Shown here: piece after piece, positions 10,331 through 19,711 of the stretch
Numbering within the stretch: the stretch's first letter is position 1
Layout of the letters: every line of letters starts with the position of its first letter
Source of the DNA: an uncultured Verrucomicrobiae bacterium
Lineage (GTDB): Bacteria; Verrucomicrobiota; Verrucomicrobiia; Chthoniobacterales; UBA10450
Direction of reading: 5' to 3'
NCBI GenBank assembly: GCA_963735805.1
Contig: CAVTMK010000004.1
Location: 64,001-128,000, forward strand
DNA: 64,000 bases
Program-made: the position numbers and the translations under genes
The notes under the pieces: model-generated
The model's database searches: none
What the model was told of the DNA's origin: nothing
Seen by the model: the letters and a program-made list of their open reading frames with translations, nothing else

Positions 10331-11656
10331 ATGAACCAGAAATCCGAATCCAGAACGTCTGGGGATACACAGCTCGGCAACAATGTTTCTCGCGTGCTTG
10401 CCAACTTCACCGATTGGTTAGAGAGCTACGGCGAAACATCGTGGGATTACCAAAGTTTCTTCGCTGGACCGGTGGGTGGACGAGCAAAGGCACTCTATTA
10501 TAGCCATGGGCTTATCGGGACGGCGGCCGTCGCTCCCATGATTTTCTGCGAAGCATTTGTGCCATCGGGACGACGGCTATTTCATCACCCTATGCGATTT
10601 CCAATCGCGGACGCGCATTACGCGATGGGCTATGCTTTCCTGTACCAGGCAACTGGAGATTCGTCCCAGCTGGAAAACGCGGTTCATTTTCTAACCGAGC
10701 TCAAAAAATCGCGCTGCCCTGGGTTTAACGAATATTGCTGGGGTTATCCCTTCAATTGGGTCACTCGGAACGGCACGATCAAAGAACAAACGCCACTCAT
10801 TACCACGACTCCCTACTGTTACGAAGCTTTCCTCCAGGTTTTCGAACTGACTGGACAGGACGAATGGAAAGTAATCGTCGAATCAATTGCGCGACATGCC
10901 GCTGCTGATATTAAGGATTTCAGAACGTCGAAATGTGCAAGCAGTTCTTCCTACACGCCTTTCGATAAAGGTGGCGTTGTTAATGCTGCGGCCTATCGCG
11001 CCTTCCTGCTGACGAGCGCCTCCAAGTCTCTTGCCAACGAAGATTATTGGAAAATCGCCGAACGAAATTTGAATTTCGTGTTGGAGAGCCAGAACCCAGA
11101 CGGCTCGTGGTTCTACGCTATGGATGGAGTACGAGACTTTATCGACCACTATCATACCTGTTTCGTGATGAAAGCCATCGCTAAGATTTACGGCTTAACC
11201 GGGTACGAGCGGTGTAAGGAGGCGCTTTCGAAAGGGATTAAGTATTACCTTGAGAATCTTTTCGACGACGAGGGCCTGCCGAACCCCTTTTCCAAAGCTC
11301 CCCGACTGACGGTTTATAAACGCGAGCTTTACGATTGGGCCGAATGCATTAACCTGTGCCTACTGCTGCGCGATCGCTTTCCTGAGCTGGATAGAACGTT
11401 GGAGAAGGTCGTCACACATATTTTGAAAGTGTGGGTAAAGCGCGATGGGTCGTTTCGCTCCCGTAAATTACAACTGGGCTGGGATAACGTTCCAATGCAT
11501 CGTTGGGGACAATCCCAGATGTTTCGAAGCCTCGCCTTTTATCTCCGCGAGGCTTCGAAACACAGAAGTCAGAGTTCAGCAATCAGAGATCAGAATTCAG
11601 AAATCGGAGCACAGATAGAGCGAGACAGGAAACATCGGACGCTTGTCAAAAGTTAG
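10331..11656 (+). CDS. Hypothetical alpha/alpha-toroid (six-hairpin-like) protein
   Basis: WGYPFNW, QNPDGSWFY, IDHYHT, repeated helical pattern; last ~30 codons run through a heptamer array. Confidence 0.6.
   Translation: MNQKSESRTSGDTQLGNNVSRVLANFTDWLESYGETSWDYQSFFAGPVGGRAKALYYSHGLIGTAAVAPMIFCEAFVPSGRRLFHHPMRFPIADAHYAMGYAFLYQATGDSSQLENAVHFLTELKKSRCPGFNEYCWGYPFNWVTRNGTIKEQTPLITTTPYCYEAFLQVFELTGQDEWKVIVESIARHAAADIKDFRTSKCASSSSYTPFDKGGVVNAAAYRAFLLTSASKSLANEDYWKIAERNLNFVLESQNPDGSWFYAMDGVRDFIDHYHTCFVMKAIAKIYGLTGYERCKEALSKGIKYYLENLFDDEGLPNPFSKAPRLTVYKRELYDWAECINLCLLLRDRFPELDRTLEKVVTHILKVWVKRDGSFRSRKLQLGWDNVPMHRWGQSQMFRSLAFYLREASKHRSQSSAIRDQNSEIGAQIERDRKHRTLVKS
11520..11562. repeat. Perfect 16-bp inverted repeat with 11-nt loop
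   Basis: TGTTTCGAAGCCTCGC (11520-11535) / GCGAGGCTTCGAAACA (11547-11562). Confidence 0.9.
11563..11618 (+). repeat. Tandem 7-bp array (8 imperfect units, CAGAAGT-like)
   Basis: CAGAAGT CAGAGTT CAGCAAT CAGAGAT CAGAATT CAGAAAT CGGAGCA CAGATAG. Confidence 0.85.
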
Positions 11657-11667
11657 CCGGAGTACGA

Positions 11668-12051
11668 ATGCAGATTAAATCAGCGAAAGATCTGATTGTT
11701 TATCAGAAAGCGTACTCATTGGCGATGGAAATTTTCGAGGTAAGCAAACGCTTTCCCGCAGAGGAAAAGTACTCACTTGTCGATCAAATCCGGCGCTCCT
11801 CCCGATCTGTTTGTACGAATCTGCGGGAGGCATGGGCAAAACGCAGGTACGAAGCGCACTTTGTCAGCAAGCTGACGGACACGGATGGTGAAAACGGTGA
11901 AACTGAAACTTGGCTCGATTTCGCTCATGAATGCGGTTATTTATCGAAACATGACCATGCGCTCTTCGCCGAGAAATGTCGTGAAGTCGGAGCAATGCTC
12001 GGAAGCATGATCAGTGATCCTTCGTCCTTTATTCTGCGGCAAACGCTGTGA
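11668..12051 (+). CDS. Four-helix-bundle protein (23S rRNA IVS-protein/Avd-like family)
   Basis: KDLIVYQKA..L..EIF..SK.FP.EEKYSL.DQIRRSSRSV..N..EAW.KRRY family signature; 127 aa. Confidence 0.93.
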   Translation: MQIKSAKDLIVYQKAYSLAMEIFEVSKRFPAEEKYSLVDQIRRSSRSVCTNLREAWAKRRYEAHFVSKLTDTDGENGETETWLDFAHECGYLSKHDHALFAEKCREVGAMLGSMISDPSSFILRQTL

Positions 12052-12092
12052 CTTCTGACCTCCGACCTCTGACTTCCGACTTCTGACCTCTG
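12051..12092 (+). repeat. Tandem 7-bp array (6 units, ACYTCYG), reverse-complement type of the upstream array
   Basis: ACTTCTG ACCTCCG ACCTCTG ACTTCCG ACTTCTG ACCTCTG. Confidence 0.9.
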
Positions 12093-12095
12093 AAC

Positions 12096-14027
12096 ATGTG
12101 CGGCATCGCAGGGCAGTTTAACTTTCAGCACCAGGAACCCGTGGAGCGCGAGACAATCGTGCGGATGGCGCGTTCTATTGCACATCGCGGACCAGACGAT
12201 GAAGGCTTCTTCATCGCCGGGCGTGTCGGTCTGGGATTCCGACGATTATCGATCATCGATCTCGCCGGCGGTCATCAGCCGATGTCGAACAGCGAAGGAA
12301 CCGTGTGGATAATCTTCAACGGCGAGATTTACAATTACAAAGAACTCCGAGCCGAACTGCAAAGCAAGGGCCATGAGTTTAGAACGAATTCAGACACGGA
12401 AGTAATCATACACGGCTATGAAGAGTGGGGCACTGATGTCTTCAATCACCTCAACGGTATGTTTGGTCTGGCTATTTGGGATGTGCAAAAGGAACGACTA
12501 ATCCTGGCCAGGGACGCCATGGGCATCAAACTCATTTATTACAAGATCGACAATGGAACCTTAACTTTCGGTTCTGAAATTCGCGCGATTCTGGCTGCGC
12601 AAAAATCACGGCCTGATGTCGATCCTACAGCCTTGAATCTGTTTCTGCGTTTCCGATATACGCCTTCTCCTTTGACGATATTTCAAGGTATTCGGAAGTT
12701 GGCGCCCGGTACCATGCTCGTTGTGGAGAAAGGCCAATGCCGCGAAGAACGCTGGTACAAGTTCATCCCGACTCCTTTTCCGACTCCTAAGAAAAAGGAG
12801 GAAGCCGTTTCTGAACTGCTTGAGTTGTATAGAGGTGCAGTTAAGCGTCATCTGCTTAGTGACGTGCCAGTCGGAGTACTTCTAAGTGGCGGTCTGGACT
12901 CGGGTCTCCTACTGGCGCTAATGAACGAACAAGGTGGGCCGTGGCCGGCCTATACGATAGGCTATGGCGAGAGTTTCGAAGACGACGAGCTAACCGATGC
13001 CGCCGTGACCGCCGGGCTCTTAGGAGCGCGGCATGTAAAGGTTAAGCTCGACCAGACTGAGTTTGAACGCGCTCTTCCGAAAATCGTAGAATGCCTGGAA
13101 GAACCTATTGCGACATCGTCGATCGTTCCGATGTACTTCGTTTCGCAGCGCGCGCGGCAGGATGTAAAGGTTGCCCTCATCGGCCAGGGACCGGACGAGT
13201 TGTTCGGTGGTTACACGCGGCACCTTGGTATTCACTACGGAAATTGGTGGCGGGGGCTGCCAGCCGGTGTCAGATCGATGGCGGGCTTTGCCGTGAATCG
13301 ATTGCCGCGGAACGAAACGTTGAAGCGTGGTGTTCGTTCGCTAAACGCCGCAGATCGTTTGAAGCGTTATCAAGATGTTTTTTCACTCGCGTCGCCAGAA
13401 ACAATAGACGGACTCTTTCGCGAAGATGTTCTTCCCGATAGAGGTCGCCACGAGTTGGTCGAGTACTGGGATGCGCTCCGGTCACAAATGGAGCATACGG
13501 ATGAGCTCGGCGGATTTCAGCTTCTTGAAATTCGCTCTTCGCTGCCCGATGAGCTGCTAATGTATGGGGACAAGTTATCCATGGCACACAGTCTCGAAGT
13601 CCGGGTGCCGTATCTTGATCGCACCGTGGTGGAGTACGGGCAACGGCTCAGCGCGAATCTCAAAGTCCGCAACGGAACCCGGAAGTGGTTGCATCGACAG
13701 ATTTGCCAGCGCTACTTGTCTCCGCAAATTCTTAAGGGAAAAAAACGCGGCTTCGCCGCCAACGTCGTGGACCAATGGTTTCGCTCTTCACTCAACGGAA
13801 TGCATCGCGAAGTGCTCCTGGATGAGAGCTCACTTATGTTTGGTTTGCTCAATCCCAGACCCGTGCGACGACTGCTCGAAGCGCACCAGTCTGGCCGCCA
13901 GGACAATCATAAGCTTCTGTTCAGCCTGGTGATGCTCGAACAATGGTTGCGTCGGAGTGGGTCGGGTCAAGAACAGCTAATCTCTGAGGCGCACGAAGGA
14001 ATGGACGCTGTTCGCGTGGCATCTTAG
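12096..14027 (+). CDS. asnB: Asparagine synthase (glutamine-hydrolysing)-type amidotransferase
   Basis: MCGIAG with Ntn Cys, HRGPD, RRLSIIDL, NGEIYN, LLSGGLDS, DELFGGY. Confidence 0.95.
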   Translation: MCGIAGQFNFQHQEPVERETIVRMARSIAHRGPDDEGFFIAGRVGLGFRRLSIIDLAGGHQPMSNSEGTVWIIFNGEIYNYKELRAELQSKGHEFRTNSDTEVIIHGYEEWGTDVFNHLNGMFGLAIWDVQKERLILARDAMGIKLIYYKIDNGTLTFGSEIRAILAAQKSRPDVDPTALNLFLRFRYTPSPLTIFQGIRKLAPGTMLVVEKGQCREERWYKFIPTPFPTPKKKEEAVSELLELYRGAVKRHLLSDVPVGVLLSGGLDSGLLLALMNEQGGPWPAYTIGYGESFEDDELTDAAVTAGLLGARHVKVKLDQTEFERALPKIVECLEEPIATSSIVPMYFVSQRARQDVKVALIGQGPDELFGGYTRHLGIHYGNWWRGLPAGVRSMAGFAVNRLPRNETLKRGVRSLNAADRLKRYQDVFSLASPETIDGLFREDVLPDRGRHELVEYWDALRSQMEHTDELGGFQLLEIRSSLPDELLMYGDKLSMAHSLEVRVPYLDRTVVEYGQRLSANLKVRNGTRKWLHRQICQRYLSPQILKGKKRGFAANVVDQWFRSSLNGMHREVLLDESSLMFGLLNPRPVRRLLEAHQSGRQDNHKLLFSLVMLEQWLRRSGSGQEQLISEAHEGMDAVRVAS

Positions 14028-14036
14028 GCCAAACCA

Positions 14037-15023
14037 ATGGATAACTGCACCAACGCCAAAATGGAAGAGACCCGTATCCGCGGTCAAACGCTCTTTGTAC
14101 CGTCAACCGAGATCTGTGGCCGGACGGTTATAGTAACGGGCAAATGGATCAGGACGGCAGAAATTAAGGATGAAGGCGTCGTGGAGGGTGTGACTGTCGA
14201 AGACCCTGACTCGTTTATTACCAAGCTAAAGGAAAGCGGCCTGACAGCCGATCTCTTTACGTTTGCGCAAAAGCCACCTGAGATCACGCCAAAATATGAT
14301 TATCACCAGGACTGGGATAACTGGGCTGCAATACCGACAGCTTGCTTTGAGGACTGGTGGGAAAGTCTGCCTCAAGTATCGAGAAAGAATGTAAGGCGCG
14401 CAGGCAAGCGTGGTGTGGTCGTGAAAGTTATACCGTTCGATGATGATCTGGTTAAACGAGTCCACAAGATTTATAACAGCATTCAGGTCCGCGACGGAAG
14501 GCTCTTCTGGCACTATGGGCAGGACGTTGATAGCGTAAGGCGAAGCCTTGCCACGTATCTGGATCGAAGTGAATTTATCGGTGCGTATTTAGGTGAGGAA
14601 CTTATAGGCTTCTTCAAGATGGTTTACGTTAACGATACGGCGACGATCTTTCATATCATCTCGATGGACGAGCATTATGACAAACGACCGCAAAACGCGC
14701 TGATCGCAAAAGCTGCAGAGGTGTGCGAGCAAAAGGCCATCTCTCATCTGATCTACGGGAAATTCATCTATGGCAACAAACGTCGGAGTTCACTGGTGGA
14801 ATTCAAACGTCGGAACGGTTTCCAGCAAGTTAACTTTCCGAGGTATTACATTCCGTTGACCCCGAGAGGCGAACTATTTGTCCGACTACGTTTATACCGA
14901 GGCGTTAGCGGGTTGCTTCCGGAACCCATTCTTTACCTGGCTTTAAGTTGCAGAGACTGGTATCACAAAAAAATTTCCACCAACCTGACTTTACAACGCA
15001 ATAAGTTCGCCGGTGTAGCTTAA
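14037..15023 (+). CDS. FemAB-like GNAT-fold transferase
   Basis: SRKNVRRAGKRGVVV and SLVEFKRRNG resemble the conserved Fem-family motifs R..IRKA.K.GV and GL..FK..FG. Confidence 0.7.
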   Translation: MDNCTNAKMEETRIRGQTLFVPSTEICGRTVIVTGKWIRTAEIKDEGVVEGVTVEDPDSFITKLKESGLTADLFTFAQKPPEITPKYDYHQDWDNWAAIPTACFEDWWESLPQVSRKNVRRAGKRGVVVKVIPFDDDLVKRVHKIYNSIQVRDGRLFWHYGQDVDSVRRSLATYLDRSEFIGAYLGEELIGFFKMVYVNDTATIFHIISMDEHYDKRPQNALIAKAAEVCEQKAISHLIYGKFIYGNKRRSSLVEFKRRNGFQQVNFPRYYIPLTPRGELFVRLRLYRGVSGLLPEPILYLALSCRDWYHKKISTNLTLQRNKFAGVA

Positions 15024-15080
15024 CGTTAGAGCGACTGAATCGTAATCAGTAGATGGAGTGTTCAATTCCTCCCGCCGGCT
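15009..15080 (+). tRNA. Atypical (possibly pseudo) tRNA-Thr(CGT)
   Basis: Acceptor GCCGGTG/CGCCGGC, D stem GCTT/GAGC, anticodon stem ACTGA/TCAGT with loop ATCGTAA, T loop TTCAATT; D loop lacks GG, 1-nt bulge in T stem, followed by CCC not CCA. Confidence 0.8.
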
Positions 15081-15201
15081 CCCCCACCGCTTTGAGAGTG
15101 GCGAGTATTTCCTTAATCGTAAACTGAATCCCCCGGAAAGTATGAGGCTAAGAGAATTCTGGCATCGGCTGAATAGCCGATAAAAAGCCGGAGCCGAGTT
15201 T

Positions 15202-16337
15202 ATGCGACTCTTTCAATCGACTATCTGCGTCAATGAGGACCGAGAGGCATGGGAGCCTTCCCTTAGGGTGGTCCTGGCCAGCCTGGGTCTTCACTGTCCC
15301 GACAGGGCGATCAACCTTTTCTATCCTTTTGCCAACGAAGGATTTCGTCGATGGCTAAGTGCGTACCCGCAAGTACAGCTGCAGGCGGATGGCCTAAGGG
15401 ATGGTTACGGCTGGAACGTAAAGCCACAGGCCATTATGCGATTGCTCGATGCTGGCTTCGACGAAGTCATTTGGATCGATTCGGACATGTTTGTAACCAG
15501 GGACATTCATCCCTTGTTCGACGGCCTCGACGAAGCAGTCTTTGTGGCCACAGAGCACACGTGTTCGCCGGATCACTACGACCACGATGGAGCCGGGCGT
15601 CGCGCGCAGTTGTGGCAGTTCCCGAGTCGGTCGCGTTCTCCCGGCTTCTCTCAATTCTGGTGTACTCCGGGTTACCAGACGGCACTATCCCTTGATGAAA
15701 CGATGGTGGGAATTGCTACAATCCGATGAATACCAGAGGTGCCAACAAAATGGATGGCGGCAAAGACCCATTCACATGCAGGGCGATCAAGATGTATTGA
15801 CCGCACTCTTAACTTCTACCGAATTCGCCGATATCCCCCTTAAAATGCTTCGCAGAGGTAAAGATATCGTCCAGTTTGACGGCGTATGGGGCTACACGAC
15901 AACCGAGCGACTTGCGGAGTTTGCTTGGCGATGGACCAACGTTCATTCATTGTATGGGCACTAAGCCGTGGGTGGCGCGTTGGAAATTGGAGCGACCCAA
16001 TGACGTGAGAGAGTATTTGAAGATGGTATATCTCGACGTGTCACCGTATACTTTGTCTTCTGCCAAATTTCGTCCGGATTTGGGATGCGACACGAACTGG
16101 ATGTCCGCACATTATAAGTTGAGTGCAATCCTTCGATCGCTAGGAATGCAGCACCCAGCGCTAGCCGGCCTGCCGATGGCCGTCTCTCTCGACATTGCGT
16201 CGGCTTATGAAACGCGCGTACGAGTCGATTTTCCGGCAAAGACTTGGCGCCAAATAGTCTGCGATATTTACAACAGCCTCGGGTCAAGTTTTACCGGTCA
16301 GGCAGCTTATCATATCAACCGGTCTTCAACGACATGA
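15202..16337 (+). CDS. Putative GT-A-fold sugar transferase, frameshifted into three ORFs
   Basis: WNVKP, IWIDSD, GDQDVL, H..G.KPW motifs spread over 15202-15729, 15542-15964 and 15876-16337. Confidence 0.65.
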
Positions 16338-16397
16338 GCCCTGACTGCGATGTGGAAACCCGGAATCCGGCCGTCTGGCACTAGCCGCCAATCAATT

Positions 16398-17757
16398 ATG
16401 CTGCGCATCTTGCTGTTAGCTCCAGCTAGTAACCCGGATGGAATCACCGGGCCTCTTATTGGGTACGCGCATGGCGAAGCCCTGGCGCGACGTCACACGG
16501 TGACGTTCGTCATTCGTCGACAGGACGAGGCGGCCGTGCGCCGCAAACCGTCCCCGTTTCATGCCATCGAAGTCATCTCCCCTTCGTGGCTCGATCGTAT
16601 GTATTCCTGGAGCTTTCGTTGGATCTTTAAAAATAACTACCGGAGCCAGGTTTTGACCGCCTTTAACTATATCTTTTGTGTGGCATTTGAATGGAGTGCC
16701 TGGCGGCAGACGCGAAGTCGAATTAAGGCGGGGGAATGGGATGTGGTCATACGCCTCTTGCCTATTTCGTCTGTCTTGCCGAGTCCATTTGCTTTTTTTC
16801 TCCGGCGAGGTCCTATCCCGTTTGTAATCGGGCCAATTAATGGTGGTTTGCCCTGGCCGGCCGGTTTTAGACAAGCCGATAAACAAAAGGAATGGATCTC
16901 CAACCTGAGGAATTTTTACCGCTTTCTGCCTTTCGCCCGATCAACCTATCGCGATGCCGCGGCCATCATCGCGGGCTCGTCACACACCTATAATGAGTTC
17001 GCAGCGTATCGCGAGAAACTGTTTTTAGTTCCAGGAGAGAATGGCATCAATCCTTCACTTTGCGGGAGTGCTTCACGCAGCTCGGTGCGTAGCGATAAGC
17101 TTGAGTTGATCTTCGTCGGCGGCCTCGTCCCATACAAGGCTTGTGACCTCGCTCTGCGAGCAGCCGCTTCGCTGCTGCAAACGCACCGAGCCCATTTCAC
17201 CATTGTGGGCGATGGCCCCGAGCAGGCCAGCCTTGAGCAACTCATCAGATCGCTGGGGATCGAGAAGGATGTCACTTTCTGTGGGAGCCTGAGCCATGAT
17301 GAAGTCTTACGCCGCCTCGGAGCAGTCGATGCAATGGTCTTTCCTTCAGTTCACGAGTTTGGAGGGGCGGTGGTCTTTGAGGCTCTGGCGATGGGCGCAG
17401 TACCAGTGGTCGTGGACTTCGGTGGACCAGGAGATATTGTTAATCCTGAAGTCGGCTTCAAAGTACCACTCACTAACGAAGACGACGTGGTGTCGCAGAT
17501 TCGAGAAGGTCCTGACAAGATTGGCCGATGATCCAGATCTTCTTGAGCAGTTGCGGCAGCGGGGGATGCACTATGCCCGAGAGTGCCTAAGTTGGGATGG
17601 AAAAGCGCAGCTCATGACGCAAATTTTGACTTGGGTGGTGGGGCAAGGTCCAAAGCCCGATCTTCAACCTCGGAAAGGGACTGCCCGCACGGCGAACGAG
17701 TGCCAGAATGGCAGGTCTGTTGGTAGCGAATCCTCTCTTCTAACTTCCGCTCGGTAA
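16398..17757 (+). CDS. Glycosyltransferase family 4, frameshift near 17500
   Basis: FVGGLVPYKA, GDGPE, EFGGAVVFEA; C-terminus continues in ORF 17296-17757. Confidence 0.88.
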
Positions 17758-17763
17758 TCGGAT

Positions 17764-19587
17764 ATGCCTGGAATTGCTGGTATAATCAGTAAACACGGAC
17801 CATCGGCAGAGTGGCGCTCTCTGATTCAGTCCATGGTTGAGTGCATGACGCATGAGGCGTTTTATGCTAGCGGCACATATGTCAATGAGGAGCTCGGTCT
17901 CTGGAGCGGATGGACCTGCCACCGCGGAGCGTTCGGGGATTCTCTTCCTATCTGGAATGACAAGAAAAACATCTGCCTTATTTTTTCAGGCGAGGATTTC
18001 CCCGACCAGGCTGACGTCGATGCACTGAGAACGCGTGGGCATGACTTTAACTCAAATGACGCAAGTTATCTCGTCCACTTGTACGAGGAAATGGGTTATG
18101 GATTCCTGGAGAAGCTTAACGGCTGGTTCAGCGGTGTGTTATTGGATCTTCGTGAGCAGAAATTCGTTTTGTTTAACGACCGCTATGGCGTAAATCGGAT
18201 TTACTATCACGAAGACTCGCTCGGATTTTATTTTGCTTCTGAAGCGAAGGCCCTTCTAAAAATCCTTCCCAGCACTCGTCAACTTGATTTACGTAGCCTG
18301 GGCGAGGTTCTCTCTTGCGAGGCCGTTCTGCAAAACAGGACCCTTTTCTCCGGAATCTCCCTGCTTCCGCCAGGTTCGTCGTGGGTGTTTTCCAGGGGAG
18401 AACCAGTAAAGAAAAAGACTTACTTCAAGCAGGAAGGATGGGAAAGCCAGCCGGAGTTAAGCGAATCCCACTTTTACGAGAAGTTGAAAGAAACCTGGAC
18501 ACGAGTCCTTCCAAAATATTTCCTTGGAAAAGAGTCCGTCGGCCTGTCTCTGACTGGCGGAGTAGATAGCCGAATGATCCTGGCCTGGGCGCATCAGCTG
18601 CCCGGCACACTTCCATGCTATACGTGGGGCGGTAAATACCGTGATTGTGAGGACGTCAAGATCGCGCGCGAAGCCGCGAAACTTTGCCGGCAGCCTCACA
18701 ACACGATTCTCGTGGGCGACGAGTTCTTGTCTCAGTTTCACGATCTTGCCGAGAAAGCCGTTTATATTAGCGACGGTACCATGGATGTAACTGGGTCGAT
18801 CGACTTGTACGTTCAGAGACTGGCCCGACAAATCGCCCCAGTCCGACTTAGCGGTGTCTGTGGCGGCGAAATCTTGAGACGTCTTGTAATGTTCAAGCCG
18901 GCTCCTCTGGAAGGTGTTTTCGATCCGGAGTTGGAAAACTCCTTTCGGGACGCAGGTGAGACCTACGCTAACGAGCTTCAAGGTCACAGACTTTCCTTCA
19001 CTTCGTTTAAGCAGGCGCCATGGTACATGGCCAGCAAATTTGCCGTAGAACGATCGCAGGTCACTTATCGAACGCCGTACTTTGATAACGATCTGGTTGC
19101 GCTAGCTTATCAAACGCCAGCAGGACTGTTGCAGAATGAGCCAGCGATTCGACTCATTGCTGATGGGAATCCAGCGTTGGGAAAGATGGCGACGGATCGC
19201 GGTCTTGCCTCTGGATCAATTCGCGGCCTCAATCGGTTGCTGCATTGGTACCAAGAGTTCACCTTTAAAGCGGAGTATGCCTATGATTACGGAATGCCAC
19301 AGTGGCTTGCAAAACTCGATCACATGCTTGCCCCGCTACGCCTGGAAGAACTGTTCCTTGGGCGGCACAAAGTCGCTCACTTCCGTGTCTGGTATCGCGA
19401 TGAACTCTCGCCGTGGTTAAGGGAGATACTTCTCGACCCGGGTGCGCGCAGCAGACCCTACCTTCGAGCGAATTCTGTGGAAGCGATGCTCAAAGCTCAT
19501 AGCACTGGGCAGCGAAACTATACCTCTGAGATACACAAAATTTTGACGCTGGAATTCATCCAGAGAAAACTGATCGACCTGAATTAG
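17764..19587 (+). CDS. AsnB-like protein lacking the N-terminal catalytic Cys
   Basis: Starts MPGIAG; DRYG, FASEAKAL, SLTGGVDSR P-loop retained. Confidence 0.85.
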   Translation: MPGIAGIISKHGPSAEWRSLIQSMVECMTHEAFYASGTYVNEELGLWSGWTCHRGAFGDSLPIWNDKKNICLIFSGEDFPDQADVDALRTRGHDFNSNDASYLVHLYEEMGYGFLEKLNGWFSGVLLDLREQKFVLFNDRYGVNRIYYHEDSLGFYFASEAKALLKILPSTRQLDLRSLGEVLSCEAVLQNRTLFSGISLLPPGSSWVFSRGEPVKKKTYFKQEGWESQPELSESHFYEKLKETWTRVLPKYFLGKESVGLSLTGGVDSRMILAWAHQLPGTLPCYTWGGKYRDCEDVKIAREAAKLCRQPHNTILVGDEFLSQFHDLAEKAVYISDGTMDVTGSIDLYVQRLARQIAPVRLSGVCGGEILRRLVMFKPAPLEGVFDPELENSFRDAGETYANELQGHRLSFTSFKQAPWYMASKFAVERSQVTYRTPYFDNDLVALAYQTPAGLLQNEPAIRLIADGNPALGKMATDRGLASGSIRGLNRLLHWYQEFTFKAEYAYDYGMPQWLAKLDHMLAPLRLEELFLGRHKVAHFRVWYRDELSPWLREILLDPGARSRPYLRANSVEAMLKAHSTGQRNYTSEIHKILTLEFIQRKLIDLN

Positions 19588-19711
19588 AACACGACTCGGT
19601 CCATGCCGGCCACACCTGCCGCTGAAAACGTAAGCTTGTAACCAGGTCAAACGAGATAAATGAGAAAGTATCGAACGTCCCCCTTCCAACCCTGAAATGT
19701 TTTGAGCTCGT

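Noticed and set aside
11563..12092. Diversity-generating retroelement suggested by the Avd-like protein
   Set aside because: No reverse transcriptase in the window, and differences between repeat copies are not restricted to adenines.
15009..15083. tRNA as an integration site of a genomic island
   Set aside because: No integrase and no duplicated tRNA 3' end seen; EPS genes continue on both sides. Cannot be excluded outside the window.
15164..15186. Hairpin ATCGGCT-GAAT-AGCCGAT as a terminator
   Set aside because: Followed by A's, with no U tract in the right position on either strand.
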